Below, one piece after another: positions 1-10,806 of a DNA stretch of 64,000 nucleotides. Both the position numbers and the translations under genes were made by a program. The notes under the pieces are model-generated. The model was given only the letters and a program-made list of their open reading frames with translations, searched no databases and was not told where the DNA came from. Source of the stretch: Blastocladiella emersonii ATCC 22665 (Eukaryota; Fungi; Blastocladiomycota); assembly GCA_025594325.1 (NCBI GenBank), contig JANHCV010000002.1:1240001-1304000 (forward strand), in the 5' to 3' direction. Numbering within the stretch: the first letter of the stretch is position 1; every line of letters begins with the position of its first letter.

Positions 1-689
1 GCTGGCCTCGGGTGCAATCGCAGGCACCAGCTCGCCCGAGTGGTCCGAGGTGCTCAGTGCTGCGCGCCGCCATGAACCAGTCAGTTCCAGATGGGCTCAA
101 GGGAGCGCGTCGCGCCGCGTTGGGGTAGGACGCACTCTCCATGGCGGACACAAGCTCACTGCATCCGGCAGCATTGCTACAATCGCAACCAGCGTTGCTG
201 CATGCATCGTGCACCGGCGCTACGGCGGCCTTTGCCTCGAGTGCGGCAGCGTTCATGCTTTCCGGGTCTCGCAGGGCATTTGGGAGACTGAGAGAGGACA
301 CGCTCAAACCCGGCCAGGCGAGCGAGGCGCCGATGGTCGGGAGTCCCTTGGTTGATGCGACGAGGCGTACTCGCGCAAACGCCCTGTTTGATCCAGGCAA
401 GCGAAGTTGACATGGTTAGTGCGTAGCGCTTGTGGCGGGAGCGGAGGAGAGGGAAGGGTTTAGGGGACGAGAGCGTAACTCTACGAGTGTTGCGGGCTGG
501 GACTCTGGTTTGTCGGATCCTGTGAGCCCACATGCGATGCATACTATCAGTCAAAGCCCCTTCTTAGCTCCACGTTGGAGTGCCTGGCCACACGCAGCTG
601 CAGGGGAGTCCTCCGCCTAACTGCTAAGGTCGCTCTGCTCAGCGCACTAAGGGCTCTCTCCCGCAAAAATTGATGTTCGGAGCTTGGCG

Positions 690-1217
690 ATGTTGAAAAC
701 AGCTAGTTTTGACGACGCAAAACAACCACTGTCACCTGCCGGACGGTTCGCACAAGTCTTTGCAGAGCTAGCCTCGTGTGTTGAAGCAGGCATGCGTCGG
801 GTGAGACGAACTACTTTCTTTGTTCTGGCTTCAGCATCTCAACTACAACGCAACATTGCAACTGTTCTCGCAAGTGCTGAAGAGTTAAGCGAAGGAACGC
901 TTTTTCGTTGCAAGCAGTGGCCGAACGCATTGGGCCACAACCCCTTAAACTACTCCGTCCCAAAATTACAACTCGTCCTCGTCGAGATTGCAGCAGCACG
1001 CATACAGCTTGAAGAGCAAATGTCACAGCTCACAGAACTAGCAGCCGCGTATTCCGACATGCGCGGGAGCGAGTCCGATCTTTCCGACTTCAACGGGGAA
1101 AGGCGCCTTGTCCCGTTGTGCGTCAAGTGCGTTTCGCTATATGCGGAAGCAGAAAACCTGTCGACTTATTGTAAAACATTCTACGTTCTCGCTATAAAAG
1201 AGCGGACGCGTGCTTAG
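690..1217 (+). CDS. hypothetical protein, low-GC ORF with a possible coiled-coil segment
   Basis: 175-codon ORF from ATG 690 in an AT-richer segment. Heptad-like LQLVLVEIAAARIQLEEQMSQLTELAAAY. No family recognised. Confidence 0.3.
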   Translation: MLKTASFDDAKQPLSPAGRFAQVFAELASCVEAGMRRVRRTTFFVLASASQLQRNIATVLASAEELSEGTLFRCKQWPNALGHNPLNYSVPKLQLVLVEIAAARIQLEEQMSQLTELAAAYSDMRGSESDLSDFNGERRLVPLCVKCVSLYAEAENLSTYCKTFYVLAIKERTRA

Positions 1218-1529
1218 TACGACTTTTGTCTCAGAAAACCCAGCGAGTCAAAGCTGACCATCCGCCCACCCCCTCCCTCCGTTTCGGTCACCAAGGATAA
1301 CGCGATTACCACTATCAAACGACGCGTTTAAGAGTTTTGATTGAGTTGTCGTCGAACACGCTCGACACGCGACACGTCGAGGCGTCGAACCGCGAGACGT
1401 GAGACGCGAGACGCGTCGCGATATCATGTGACGACGCGTGAGTGGCTCAGCCGCGCCTGCTTCAGCTCATGCCCACGCGCGGCTGCCTCGGTCGGACGTA
1501 TTCCCAGTACGGGGTAACCCGTTGTTCGA

Positions 1530-2886
1530 TTATACAACCTCCTTTTCCTTGTCGCTCTCATGCAGAGGAACCGGCTGCCCCGAGTTAGACACGCTCGCTG
1601 CGCTCTTGGCCACGGCCGCGACGATCGGGGCCGTGAACACGGGGTAGCTCGCGGTCGAACCCCGCCGCGACACGATGATGTCCGACGCTTTGAGCTCGGT
1701 CGCGGCTCCCGTAGACGAGGTTCCAGCTACGCTCACCGCACTCTTGGCGATGCCCAGCGGCGGCGCCACGACCATCGTATGACCCGTGATGGAACCGCGG
1801 CGAAGCGTCGAGAAGCCTGGTCGAGGCTGGTCACCGTTGAATCCAAGATCGGCCGTCTTGCAGCTCGACGAGCGCCCACGGATCGACTTGGGAGAGGTGC
1901 TGCTCGCAGTGTTCGATGCAGCCGAAGCGGCGGCTCTCGCGGCCCACATACCGCCCGCGTTCTGAGCGGCAAACAGGACGTACATGGCGCCCGCGTCGAC
2001 GGCGTTGGCCAGGACCAAGATCGAGGTGATGAGGTAGATGACGATGGCGGCGACGAGACGCGTCGAGTGGTCGCGAAGGAGCCGGCGCAGCGGGTTGTGC
2101 GATCCGGTTCCACCAAGGTCACTCACTGCCCGTGCGCACGACCGTCGGGCCGCTGCTGCCGGCAAGGTTGTTGTCGCTGCTCCGAGTATGTGCAAGCATG
2201 GGCGGAGCGAAGACGAAGAGTACGCCGGCGTGGACGGCAAACTGGAGGAACTTGCCGATGGCGTTGGTCCACAGCTGCGTCGTCCCGCACTTGCCGTTTG
2301 GCGCCTCGTACATCGGCTTCCAATATGAAGAGTAGACGAGAAAGCCCATGGACACGAGGTGCAGCGCGCCGAGAATCAGACGCGCGACGTGGCGCGGACT
2401 CCGGATAGACTTGCCAACGGCCGAGTGCTTGAACGAGGCGACCGAACTGCGGCAGCGGAGTGTCGAGCCAGGAGCAGGCACGAGCGGGTCGCCACCGGCC
2501 GTGGTCTCGGAGCTTCGTCTTGTCGGATCAAACGTGAACAGCAGGCGCGACCAGGTGGTTGGCAGCGTGTGCGTGCTGCGAAGGATGAGCACGGATGTGG
2601 CTGTGAGCTGGAACCCGAGATAGAGCGAGGTCGAGATGAAGAGGAAGGCATGACAGCCGATGGCGATGGATGCGCTGGCAGCGGAGATGACAGCAGCCGA
2701 TCCGCATTGGTTCGCGAGATGGAGCACCGCCGCAACAAGTTGGAGGATCGACCACGGCCGCGCGCGACTGCCGGCCGGAGTCCGAGCCAGTTGCTTCAGC
2801 GCGACGGCCACGAGGTAGGTTCCAATCGGGATGGACGCGCCGATAGCTAGGAGAGTCGCGTCGCGGCTAGCCGTCGATGTATCCAT
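1530..2886 (-). CDS. 7TM GPCR-like protein, copy 1 (apparent +1 frameshift in the TM5-TM6 loop)
   Basis: ORF 2886-2119 (TM1-5) and ORF 2240-1530 (TM6-7 plus tail) align collinearly with the intact paralogues at 8021 and 9664 (FQLTATSVLI.RST, G.C..TQLW.N..GK, LRRLLRD..RL). The frames must switch between about 2190 and 2119, and no usable intron was found. Confidence 0.7.
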
Positions 2887-3342
2887 GGTCGGTGATCAGA
2901 AATGCTCCATTTGCAGAGAGAATGCATTGCTTCAAGTTTGGTCAATGTGATCGAGTGGCACAGGAGGAGACATGACAGGCTTGCCGTGCACGGATGTGTG
3001 CGTTGACAGGCTTGGACAACCGGTGCGAGACATTCGGTGCGAGACGCGTCAAGGCGCGCCCACAACGCGACACCTCAGATGCTTCGCGAGGAGCAACCGT
3101 GTCTCCCGTCCACACCGTCCGCTCATTCGGGAAGGCGTGGTACGCTCGTCGTGTCCTGGAGCTCGGGACCGGGGCAAACCCGTCTCTTGATCGCGCCGTG
3201 ATCGCGCCGTGATCGCGCTCCGTGATGGCGAGGCGCATGTCCGCGTGCACGGCGAGGGAGTGACTCGCAGCCGAGTCGCTGCCGACTTCGTTGCTCCCTC
3301 TCCGCTATACCATGAAACAAAGCAACTAGTCCATGTAACTCG

Positions 3343-5741
3343 ATGCATACCAACCGCAGGCCTCCAAAACCATCATCTACGGCGGCCAATGTGCCCATGA
3401 CGCGAATCGGGGGCGGGTCCTCGACGGCGCCGCAGTTCCGCGTTCCTGCGCTTCCCGGCGGCGGTAACACTGGTCGCTCTACTCCGACACCGCTTACAGG
3501 CAACGGTGGTCGCTTCACTCCGACGCCGCTCGCAGACTTGCGCGATGGCCTGACCAACTTGTCGCTCTTGGCTGTCGTGACGGGAATGACGGCCGCCAAG
3601 GTCGGGAACAACAACAACGCTTCCATGATGTTGCTGCTGCACGACACGTCCCGTCCGCCAATCGGCCCAGGTGGTGGGAACGCGGTCCGCCTCATGATTT
3701 TTCGGAAATCCATCGCGCAGATCCCGGACGTCCGCGAAGGCGATATCGTGCGCGTCACTGGAGCCCATGTACGGCGAGCTGTATTGCCAGGTAGATAACG
3801 CACTGTTATTGACCCCATGTCGTGCGAACCGATAGGCTAAAATCTATCAGGGGAAGATGCAGGCTGTCGTCTCTCACACCTCGCGCGACGCCAAACTCTC
3901 AGTGATTTCGACTGAGCCGGGCGCGGCGCTCGCGAATCGACCTCAATCTGATGCCGTGGCCGCCGCCTGGCCGCCATTCCCGCTGCTGCGCTCCGACTTT
4001 TCCGACGTCGAGGCCATCCGCGAGTGGTGGCGCCTGCTCCGCAACCCCGTGCGTCCGTCGCAGCTCGAGTCACCCGGCGCCTCGCAGTCACCCGTGCTCG
4101 CCGGATCGCTGTGGGGCCCAGCTACTCCCGGCCAGGATACGACGCCGTCGCGCGGCGCATCGAGCGGGCTTGGGCTCGGGCTCACGCCCAGACGAAATTC
4201 GCCGCTCGCGGTGCAGTCCCCGCTCGCGCGACACTCGACGACGCCGAGTGCGTCGCGCCGCCCGCTCGTCACGGACATGGGCGTCCTACAACCGGGCTCG
4301 TTCTACGACGTGGTGTGCCAGGTCGTCGAGAACCAGGGGATCGTCGTGCCCAGCGCCATCGTCGTCGTCACCAACTACACGTTTCTTCCGCGACCCGAAA
4401 TGTACGCTTTGACTCGCATTTGTCATCGCACCGCCGCTCACCCGATCCGCTACCGCTAGGGTACACGCGCACACGGCCGACCGCACCAACTGGATGGGCC
4501 TCTCGCTGCTCCCCGCGGCCATGCAGATCCGTGCTGTGTTCTGGGACGAGGTGATCCCCGCGGCGCAGTCGCTTCACGTGGGCGACGTGGTCCTGTTGCG
4601 CAACGTGCGCGCCAAGCAGCAGGGCGGCGGCGCGGCGCTCGAGCTCGTCCTCCACGGCGAGCGCGCGCGAGACTCGGTCACCACGAACCGGGTTCAGGTG
4701 CTCGACGCGACGCCGGGTCCCGCAAACGAGCACTACCACCTCGTCAAAACGCTCGAGCGGCAGCGCGACATGCTCGTCGACACGCAGGTCCAGGAGGACG
4801 TCGTCGTCGCGCGGCCCGATCGTACTCCTGCTCGCGCGCGTGACGAAGCAAGCGGCCCGGCGGGTGCACCATCACCAAAGCGCGCTCGCGTCGATTCGAG
4901 TCCTGAGCGCTCGCCGGCCTCCGCCGAGGACGACAACACGCTCACCGAATTTGCGACGGGTACGTCTGGAGCGCATTCCTTTCTTTTCGCGACAACGGCT
5001 GACATTGCAGCGCTCACTCGAACGTAGTAACCTGTCACGCGTACATTCCAGCAACGCCGCTGGCCGAGGTGATCGGCGACGAGCGCGTCCCATACAAGTA
5101 CCGCTGCCGCGTGCGCTTCGTCGGCATCCAGCCCGCACGGCTCGCTGAGATGACGAGACTCGTGTGCATCGCGTGCAACCGCGAGTGTCCTCGGCCTCAA
5201 GAAGGTTCCGACGCAGCAACTTGCTCGTGTGGTGGCGCGGCCGCGTGGGTGTACCGGTTCGCGGTGACGGTGACTGACGGCTCAGGCGCGCAAGTCCAGG
5301 TCCTCGTCGCTGGCGAGCGCGGCGCGGCGCTACTCGCGGGTATCCCGCCAACCGAGTACGTAACGGTCATGGACTCCATGACTGGCTTGGCTTGCAGCTC
5401 ACTCGTACAACGATTCGTGTAGCCTGACTCGTGACGGCGAGTCCGCGCAGCGGCTTCTCTCTCGACTCGCGTTCGTCCTGTACGGCCTGCACGAACTCGA
5501 CCCGACGGCCGTGGCGGCCATCTGCGCCGGGTCCGCGCCCATCTCGTCGCTTCAAGACTCGGTCGCCGAGCGAAACGCGGGCCTCGTCGCCGCGCCATGG
5601 TGTGACGTGTGCATGCTCGGCTACCTCGCGAGCGCCGACCCGTCCGAGGCCATGGACAGCGACGACGCGGGCCGCCGGGATCCCAAGACTGGCCGACGGA
5701 TCCGCTACCAGTTCTTTGACACGAGCATTCCGGACCCTTGA
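3343..5741 (+). CDS. POT1: telomere ssDNA-binding protein POT1 (OB1-OB2-OB3 with Zn-binding Cys), 4 introns
   Basis: OB1: LLAVVT...LHDTS...RLMIFRKSIAQIPDVREGDIVRV. OB2: VVTNYT...FWDE...GDVVLLRNV. OB3: PYKYRCRVR, CIAC..CSC, RFAVTVTDGSG, WCDVCMLGY...RYQFFDT. Intron 3769-3835 (GTACGG..TAG) restores RVTGAHAKIYQGK. The start codon is uncertain. Confidence 0.85.
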
Positions 5742-6479
5742 ATAGACCAGCAGTCTTCCGCGCTCCTAGTGTCTCGAACCAACGTGTGTCCGACGCGTCG
5801 CCGCGTCGCGGTCCTGATCCGTAGCTGCTGCGTCTCCTCCCCTCGTGGCCGCCCTCCGACGCCCGGGTTCTCGATGCTCTTGCGCCACGAGCGTGTACAT
5901 GCACGTGTTTGCGAGAGCAAGCGAGTGAGAGTGCTGAGAAAGCAGGGCCAGCGCCATGGTGCGCTGTTCAAGTCAGGCGTCACACGCTCGGGTTGGGTCT
6001 TCAACCTCGTCGGATTCTACCAGGCGTTGGGCCATCTCAACACCCTTGACCTGTCGCCGACTGAGCGCGTGTTTCTACGCGAGCCCAGCCGGGCGTGAAG
6101 CGGACAATTGATGCTGCAGAACATGCTTTGACTTGAACTACCGTGACGTGTGTGCTCCGTTATTTGGCGAGTGGAAGTGACCGAACGAATTACTCAGTCG
6201 TGAGGCGCGGTAAACGACGTGTACTTTGCGTCCCATACGCTGCGAAGTAAGCGTTCAGAGGGCTGGAGTGGCGCAACGCGTGAACTCAGCCACATCGTGT
6301 CGTGACTGCGGCGCGCGCTGAGTGGTCGCGGCCGAAATGTCTCGCACCGTGTCTCGCACGCCACTCCGCAGCACCAGTCAGTCGAACCGGTCAACAGTCA
6401 GTCGCACTCCGCGAATGCGAATGCGAATGCGCAGACTCAGTTGGGAGCATGCAGCGCAGCGGCCTGCTTGACCCGACCC

Positions 6480-6486
6480 TATAAAG
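6480..6486 (+). promoter_or_regulatory. TATA box of Q-rich gene 1
   Basis: TATAAAG 93 nt upstream of ATG 6573. Identical in the duplicate at 54282-54288. Confidence 0.7.
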
Positions 6487-6572
6487 ATCGGCCTCGCCTC
6501 GCCCTTCTCGTACCGTTCTTCACTCTTGCATCTCAAGAAGCATCAAGTCACTCCTACCTCATCCTTTCCAAC

Positions 6573-7754
6573 ATGGGTCGCACTCAGATCAACTCCGCCC
6601 AGCGCCAGGCTGTCCACCAGCAGCAGGCCCAGGCCGCCAACGCCAAGACCATGCAGGCGCCCGCCGCCGCCGCCAAGTCGCAGCAGCAGCAGCCGGCCAA
6701 GCAGCAGCAGCAGGCCGCTCCGGCTCGGGATCAGTCGCCCCAGGCCAAGCAGCAGCAGGCTCCTCAGCAGCAGGCTCGTGCGCAGTCGGCGCAGCCAAAG
6801 CAGGCCGCCGCAGGTCCCCAGCAGCAGCAGAAGGCCATGGCCGTGGCCGCGCCCGCTCAGGCCCGCGCCCAGTCGCCGCAGCTCAAGCAGGCCCAGGCCG
6901 CTCCTCAGCAGGCCACCGCCCGCACCCAGTCGGCGCAGCCCAAGCAGCAGCAGGCTGCCGCGGCCGCGCAGGTGTACCGCGCCTCGCCCGTCCGCGAGCA
7001 CCCCGACGACGCGTTCCTCTCGGGCGCGTGGATGTTCGACGAGGCCCGCGTCCCGCAGTGGATGGCGCCACAGCTCCCCAAGCAGCAGGCGCAGCAGCAG
7101 GTCCGCGCGCAGCAGGCCGCGGCGCCCGCTCAGCAGCAGCAGCAGCAGCAGCAGCACGCTCAGTCGGCGCAGGTCAAGCAGGTCGCTCCGGCCCAGATCA
7201 AGCAGGCCGCCGCGGTTCCTCAGCAGAAGCAGGCTGCTCCCGTCCAGCAGCTCAAGCAGGCTCCCGCTCAGCAGAAGCAGCAGTCGGCCGCCCCGGCTCG
7301 CGCGCAGTCGGCTCAGCCCAAGCAGGCCGCCGCGGCTCCTCAGCAGCAGCAGATCAATGCCGCCGTCCCGCAGCAGCAGATCAAGGCCGCTGCCCCGCAG
7401 CAGCAGAAGGCCGCCCCCGCTCAGGCTCGCGCCCAGTCGCCGCAGCTCAAGCATGCCGCGCCGCAGCAGCAGCAAGCTCGCGCCCAGTCGGTGCAGCCCC
7501 AGCTCAAGCAGCAGCAGCAGGCCGCCGCGGCGCGCCCGCTCTCGCCGCAGTCGAAGCAGGCAGCCCCCGCCGCCAAGCAAGCGCCCGCCCAGCAGCAGCA
7601 GCGCGCGCAGTCGCCTCAGGCCAAGCAGGCGCCGGCCGCGGCCCAGATCAAGCAGGCTCCCGCTCAGCAGAAGCAGGCCCCGGCCCAGCAGCAGAAGCAG
7701 CAGCAGGACCAGCGCCGTCCTCAGTCGCCGACGCGCGGCAACAAGCGCTCGTAA
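6573..7754 (+). CDS. basic Gln/Ala/Pro/Lys-rich repeat protein, copy 1 (393 aa)
   Basis: Intronless ORF with strongly C/G-ending codons and a TATA box. About 12 copies of R-x-Q-S-[PA]-Q-x-K surround a unique core VYRASPVREHPDDAFLSGAWMFDEARVPQWMA. Reading frame is conserved in the paralogue at 54375. Confidence 0.85.
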   Translation: MGRTQINSAQRQAVHQQQAQAANAKTMQAPAAAAKSQQQQPAKQQQQAAPARDQSPQAKQQQAPQQQARAQSAQPKQAAAGPQQQQKAMAVAAPAQARAQSPQLKQAQAAPQQATARTQSAQPKQQQAAAAAQVYRASPVREHPDDAFLSGAWMFDEARVPQWMAPQLPKQQAQQQVRAQQAAAPAQQQQQQQQHAQSAQVKQVAPAQIKQAAAVPQQKQAAPVQQLKQAPAQQKQQSAAPARAQSAQPKQAAAAPQQQQINAAVPQQQIKAAAPQQQKAAPAQARAQSPQLKHAAPQQQQARAQSVQPQLKQQQQAAAARPLSPQSKQAAPAAKQAPAQQQQRAQSPQAKQAPAAAQIKQAPAQQKQAPAQQQKQQQDQRRPQSPTRGNKRS

Positions 7755-8020
7755 GCTCGAGCTCGCAGCGATGATGCCTATACCCTCCTCCGCTGCGTAT
7801 CCGGTGTGAATACATGACCTCTTTCGTGATCAACAATCTTGGATCGTGTTCTTCCGGTAGTCGCTGCGCGATAGTACTGTTTCATGAGCCAGTTGCCGTT
7901 CGCGTTCATAGCCGTCGTGACCGTGGCCTTGGTTTGGCCTTGAGCACGGACGGACCTGACCGCGGCTCACCGTGATCTGTCACGATTCACAGCAATTGAT
8001 CACCTTCTCCACAAACATAA

Positions 8021-9241
8021 CTAGTCGCGCAACTCCATTGTCGACACGGAAAGCCCCGCGGGCGCGGCGAGCCGGCCCGAGCTCGATCCCACCGCGCCGG
8101 ATCCCTTGAGCGGCGATGCGAGAAGCATCGAGCTGGACGCGCGCGTCCCGGACGACGCCGGTGCACTGAGCTGCACGCTCGACCCGCGGATGATGCCGCT
8201 GCTACTGTTCCCGGTGAGATTGCCCGTTGATGGCGCGCCGAGGCCGCCAATCGTCACGTTGCGGCCCGTACTCGACGACGTCGATCCGCCCGTGAGTCCG
8301 CCCTGCGACGCGCTGCGCGACGTGGCGGCGGCCGCGGCGCACGCGGCCCACATCCCCGCCGCGTTCTGTGCCGAGAACAGGACGTAGAGCGTGCTCGGGT
8401 CGACGGCGTTCGCGAGGCCGAGGATCGACGTGACGAGGTACACGAGGATTGCAACGGAGAGCCGCATCGTCTGGTCGCGCAGCAGGCGGCGCAGCGTGGT
8501 CGCGGACGACGCGAAGCCCGATATGTGCGCGCGGCGGAGGTGGCCGATGAGCGGTTTCGCGAAGATGAACAGGACGCCGCCGTGAACGACGCAGAGGAGC
8601 AGTTTGCCGCCGTTGTTGGACCACAGCTGCGTCGACGCGCACCGGCCGGCCGCGTTGACGAACGTCGATTTCAGGTAGGACGAGTGCGCGATCAGGCCCA
8701 TGCCCGTGCCGAACAGCGCAAAGAGGACGATGCGCGCGAGCAGACGCGGGCCGCGCGTCACGCGGCGCAAGTTCACGGCGGACGCGAGCATCAGCGAGGA
8801 CCGGCGGCGGAGCAGGTTGAGGTGCGACACGGCGCCGCCGGACTTGGCGCTCTCCTGCGCGACCGCGCTGGTCGGCGTGGGAGGCGGTGGCGGTTTGGCC
8901 TTAGTGACCATGGCGCTCCACGAGGTCGGCACGATGCAGGTGCTGCGCATGATGAGCACGCTCGTGGCCGTGAGCTGGAACAGGATGTAAGCCGTGGTCG
9001 GGATCTGGAGGAACGCGTTGCACGGCATGGCGAGCGAGGCCGCGCTGACGCACTGGATGGCCGCCGACAGGCACTGGTTGAGCAGCTGGAAGACGGCAGC
9101 CGCGAGCTGGAAGAAGGCCCACTTGGTCGGCTTCTTGTACGCCTGCACGATCGACGTCTCGATGAACCGTAGCCCGACGACGAAGCTTGCGCCGAGCGCG
9201 ATCATGGTCACGTCGCGGCCCGCGGTCGTGGACGCGCTCAT
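8021..9241 (-). CDS. 7TM GPCR-like protein, copy 2 (406 aa)
   Basis: Seven hydrophobic segments. Cys at the top of TM3 (PCNAF) and in ECL2 (GRCAS), Arg at the end of TM3 (LIMRS), basic ICL3, Ser/Gly-rich tail. Intronless. Confidence 0.8.
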   Translation of the reverse strand: MSASTTAGRDVTMIALGASFVVGLRFIETSIVQAYKKPTKWAFFQLAAAVFQLLNQCLSAAIQCVSAASLAMPCNAFLQIPTTAYILFQLTATSVLIMRSTCIVPTSWSAMVTKAKPPPPPTPTSAVAQESAKSGGAVSHLNLLRRRSSLMLASAVNLRRVTRGPRLLARIVLFALFGTGMGLIAHSSYLKSTFVNAAGRCASTQLWSNNGGKLLLCVVHGGVLFIFAKPLIGHLRRAHISGFASSATTLRRLLRDQTMRLSVAILVYLVTSILGLANAVDPSTLYVLFSAQNAAGMWAACAAAAATSRSASQGGLTGGSTSSSTGRNVTIGGLGAPSTGNLTGNSSSGIIRGSSVQLSAPASSGTRASSSMLLASPLKGSGAVGSSSGRLAAPAGLSVSTMELRD

Positions 9242-9663
9242 GGTGGATAGCGATCAGTTTCGTAGTTCGTCTATCATGCTGGGAGAGAAAACGAGGACGG
9301 CGCCCTCGGGTTCATGGCCGTCGCTCGTGTTTCCTGCCCAAGGAGTGGTCCATTGTTCAGAAGTGCATGCATCGTGTGATGGTGGATCGCTTGCCTGCCC
9401 CCGAGTGCATGGGATAACGGAGTCCGACCGGGTGGAGACACTGACGCGAGCCTTACCGGCGCCTTGTTTTCCGCGAATAGCCGCGGTTGCCGCGGTTGCC
9501 GGCTGCGTCCGTCGCGAGACGCGCGTGTGGGACATCACGTGTGGCGCAACGCGTCCCAGCGCGTGCCGCGAACAATGGCCCCGCACGTCTCTCGCTCGTT
9601 CACGATCTCACGCTGGTAGTTCAGGTAGTAGTCTATTGATACACACGCCCACGTCCACGCCAT

Positions 9664-10806
9664 CTACTCGTTGAGGTCCTGGACCGCCGACCCGAGGACC
9701 GCGGGCGACGGGACGCGTCCGTAGCTCGCGCCGACAGCCGCCTTCTGCGGCAAGTTGAGGAGCGGCGACGACCCGCGGCGGCCTACGGTGCTGCCACCGA
9801 TCGCCAGGCTCTGCTGGGTGCCCATGCCCGACGGGTTCGTCGACGGGTTGGTCGCGGTCGTGACGCGGCCGCCGTTGCTCGACGACGTGGACCCGTCGTT
9901 CCCGCCGCCCGTCGTCGCTGCGGCCGCCGCACACGCGGCCCACATGCCCGCGGCGTTCTGCGCCGAGAACAGGACGTACAGGACCGACGGGTCGACGGCG
10001 CCCGCGAGCCCGAGGATCGACGTGAGGAGGTACACGAAGATGGCGACCGACAGGCGCATGGTCTGGTCGCGCAGCAGGCGGCGGAGCGTGGTGGCCGAGG
10101 CGGCGAACCCGGACCGGCTCGCGCGGCGCAGGTGGCTGATGAGCGGGCGCGCGAAGATGAACAGGACGCCGCCGTGGACCACGCACAGGAGCAGCTTGCC
10201 GACGTTGTTGGACCACAGCTGCGTCGACGCGCACCGGCCGGCCGCGTTGATGAAGGTGAGCTTGAGGTACGACGAGTGCGCAATCAGGGCCATGCCGATG
10301 GCGAACAGCGCGAACAGGACAACGCGCGCGACGAGCCGCGGGCTGCGCGTCACGCGGCGGAAGTGGAGCGCCGAGTTGTCGACGAGCGAGGACCGGCGCC
10401 GGCCCGTCTGCGGCGTGGCCACGGGCTTCCCGTCGGGCCCGACGGCCGAGGGGACGAGCGTCGGGGTTGCGGCGACCATGGAGCTCCACGTCGTCGGCAC
10501 GATGCACGTGCTGCGCATGATGAGCACGCTCGTGGCCGTGAGCTGGAACAGGATGTACGCCGTGGTCGGGATCTGGAGGAACGCGTTGCACGGCATGGCG
10601 AGCGAGGCCGCGCTGACGCACTGGATGGCCGCCGACAGGCACTGGTTGAGCAGCTGGAAGACGGCAGCCGCGAGCTGGAAGTAGGCCCACTTGGACGGCT
10701 TCTTGTACGCCTGGATGGCCGAGGTCTCGACGAACCGCAACCCGATGATGAAGCTCGCGCCGAGCGCGAGCAGCGTGAAGTCGCGGCCGGACGTAGACGC
10801 GCTCAT
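9664..10806 (-). CDS. 7TM GPCR-like protein, copy 3 (380 aa)
   Basis: Tandem paralogue of 8021-9241. True start is MSASTSGRDF at 10806. TM cores are nearly identical; ICL2 and tail differ. Confidence 0.8.
   Translation of the reverse strand: MSASTSGRDFTLLALGASFIIGLRFVETSAIQAYKKPSKWAYFQLAAAVFQLLNQCLSAAIQCVSAASLAMPCNAFLQIPTTAYILFQLTATSVLIMRSTCIVPTTWSSMVAATPTLVPSAVGPDGKPVATPQTGRRRSSLVDNSALHFRRVTRSPRLVARVVLFALFAIGMALIAHSSYLKLTFINAAGRCASTQLWSNNVGKLLLCVVHGGVLFIFARPLISHLRRASRSGFAASATTLRRLLRDQTMRLSVAIFVYLLTSILGLAGAVDPSVLYVLFSAQNAAGMWAACAAAAATTGGGNDGSTSSSNGGRVTTATNPSTNPSGMGTQQSLAIGGSTVGRRGSSPLLNLPQKAAVGASYGRVPSPAVLGSAVQDLNE

Larger units (their letters stand above)
6259..8820. repeat. segmental duplication, copy A (promoter + Q-rich gene + 3' part of GPCR-like gene)
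   Basis: Collinear, high-identity match to 54070-56245 in the same orientation, from gggctggagtggcgcaacgcgtg to agcgaggaccggcggcgg. Confidence 0.9.

Noticed and set aside
3189-3226. gatcgcgccgt x2-3 micro-repeat upstream of POT1
   Set aside because: A simple slippage duplication; not telomeric and not found elsewhere.
5769-6098. ORF with LGHLNTLDLSP (LRR-like)
   Set aside because: A single short motif with no ATG start and weak codon bias; at most a relic.
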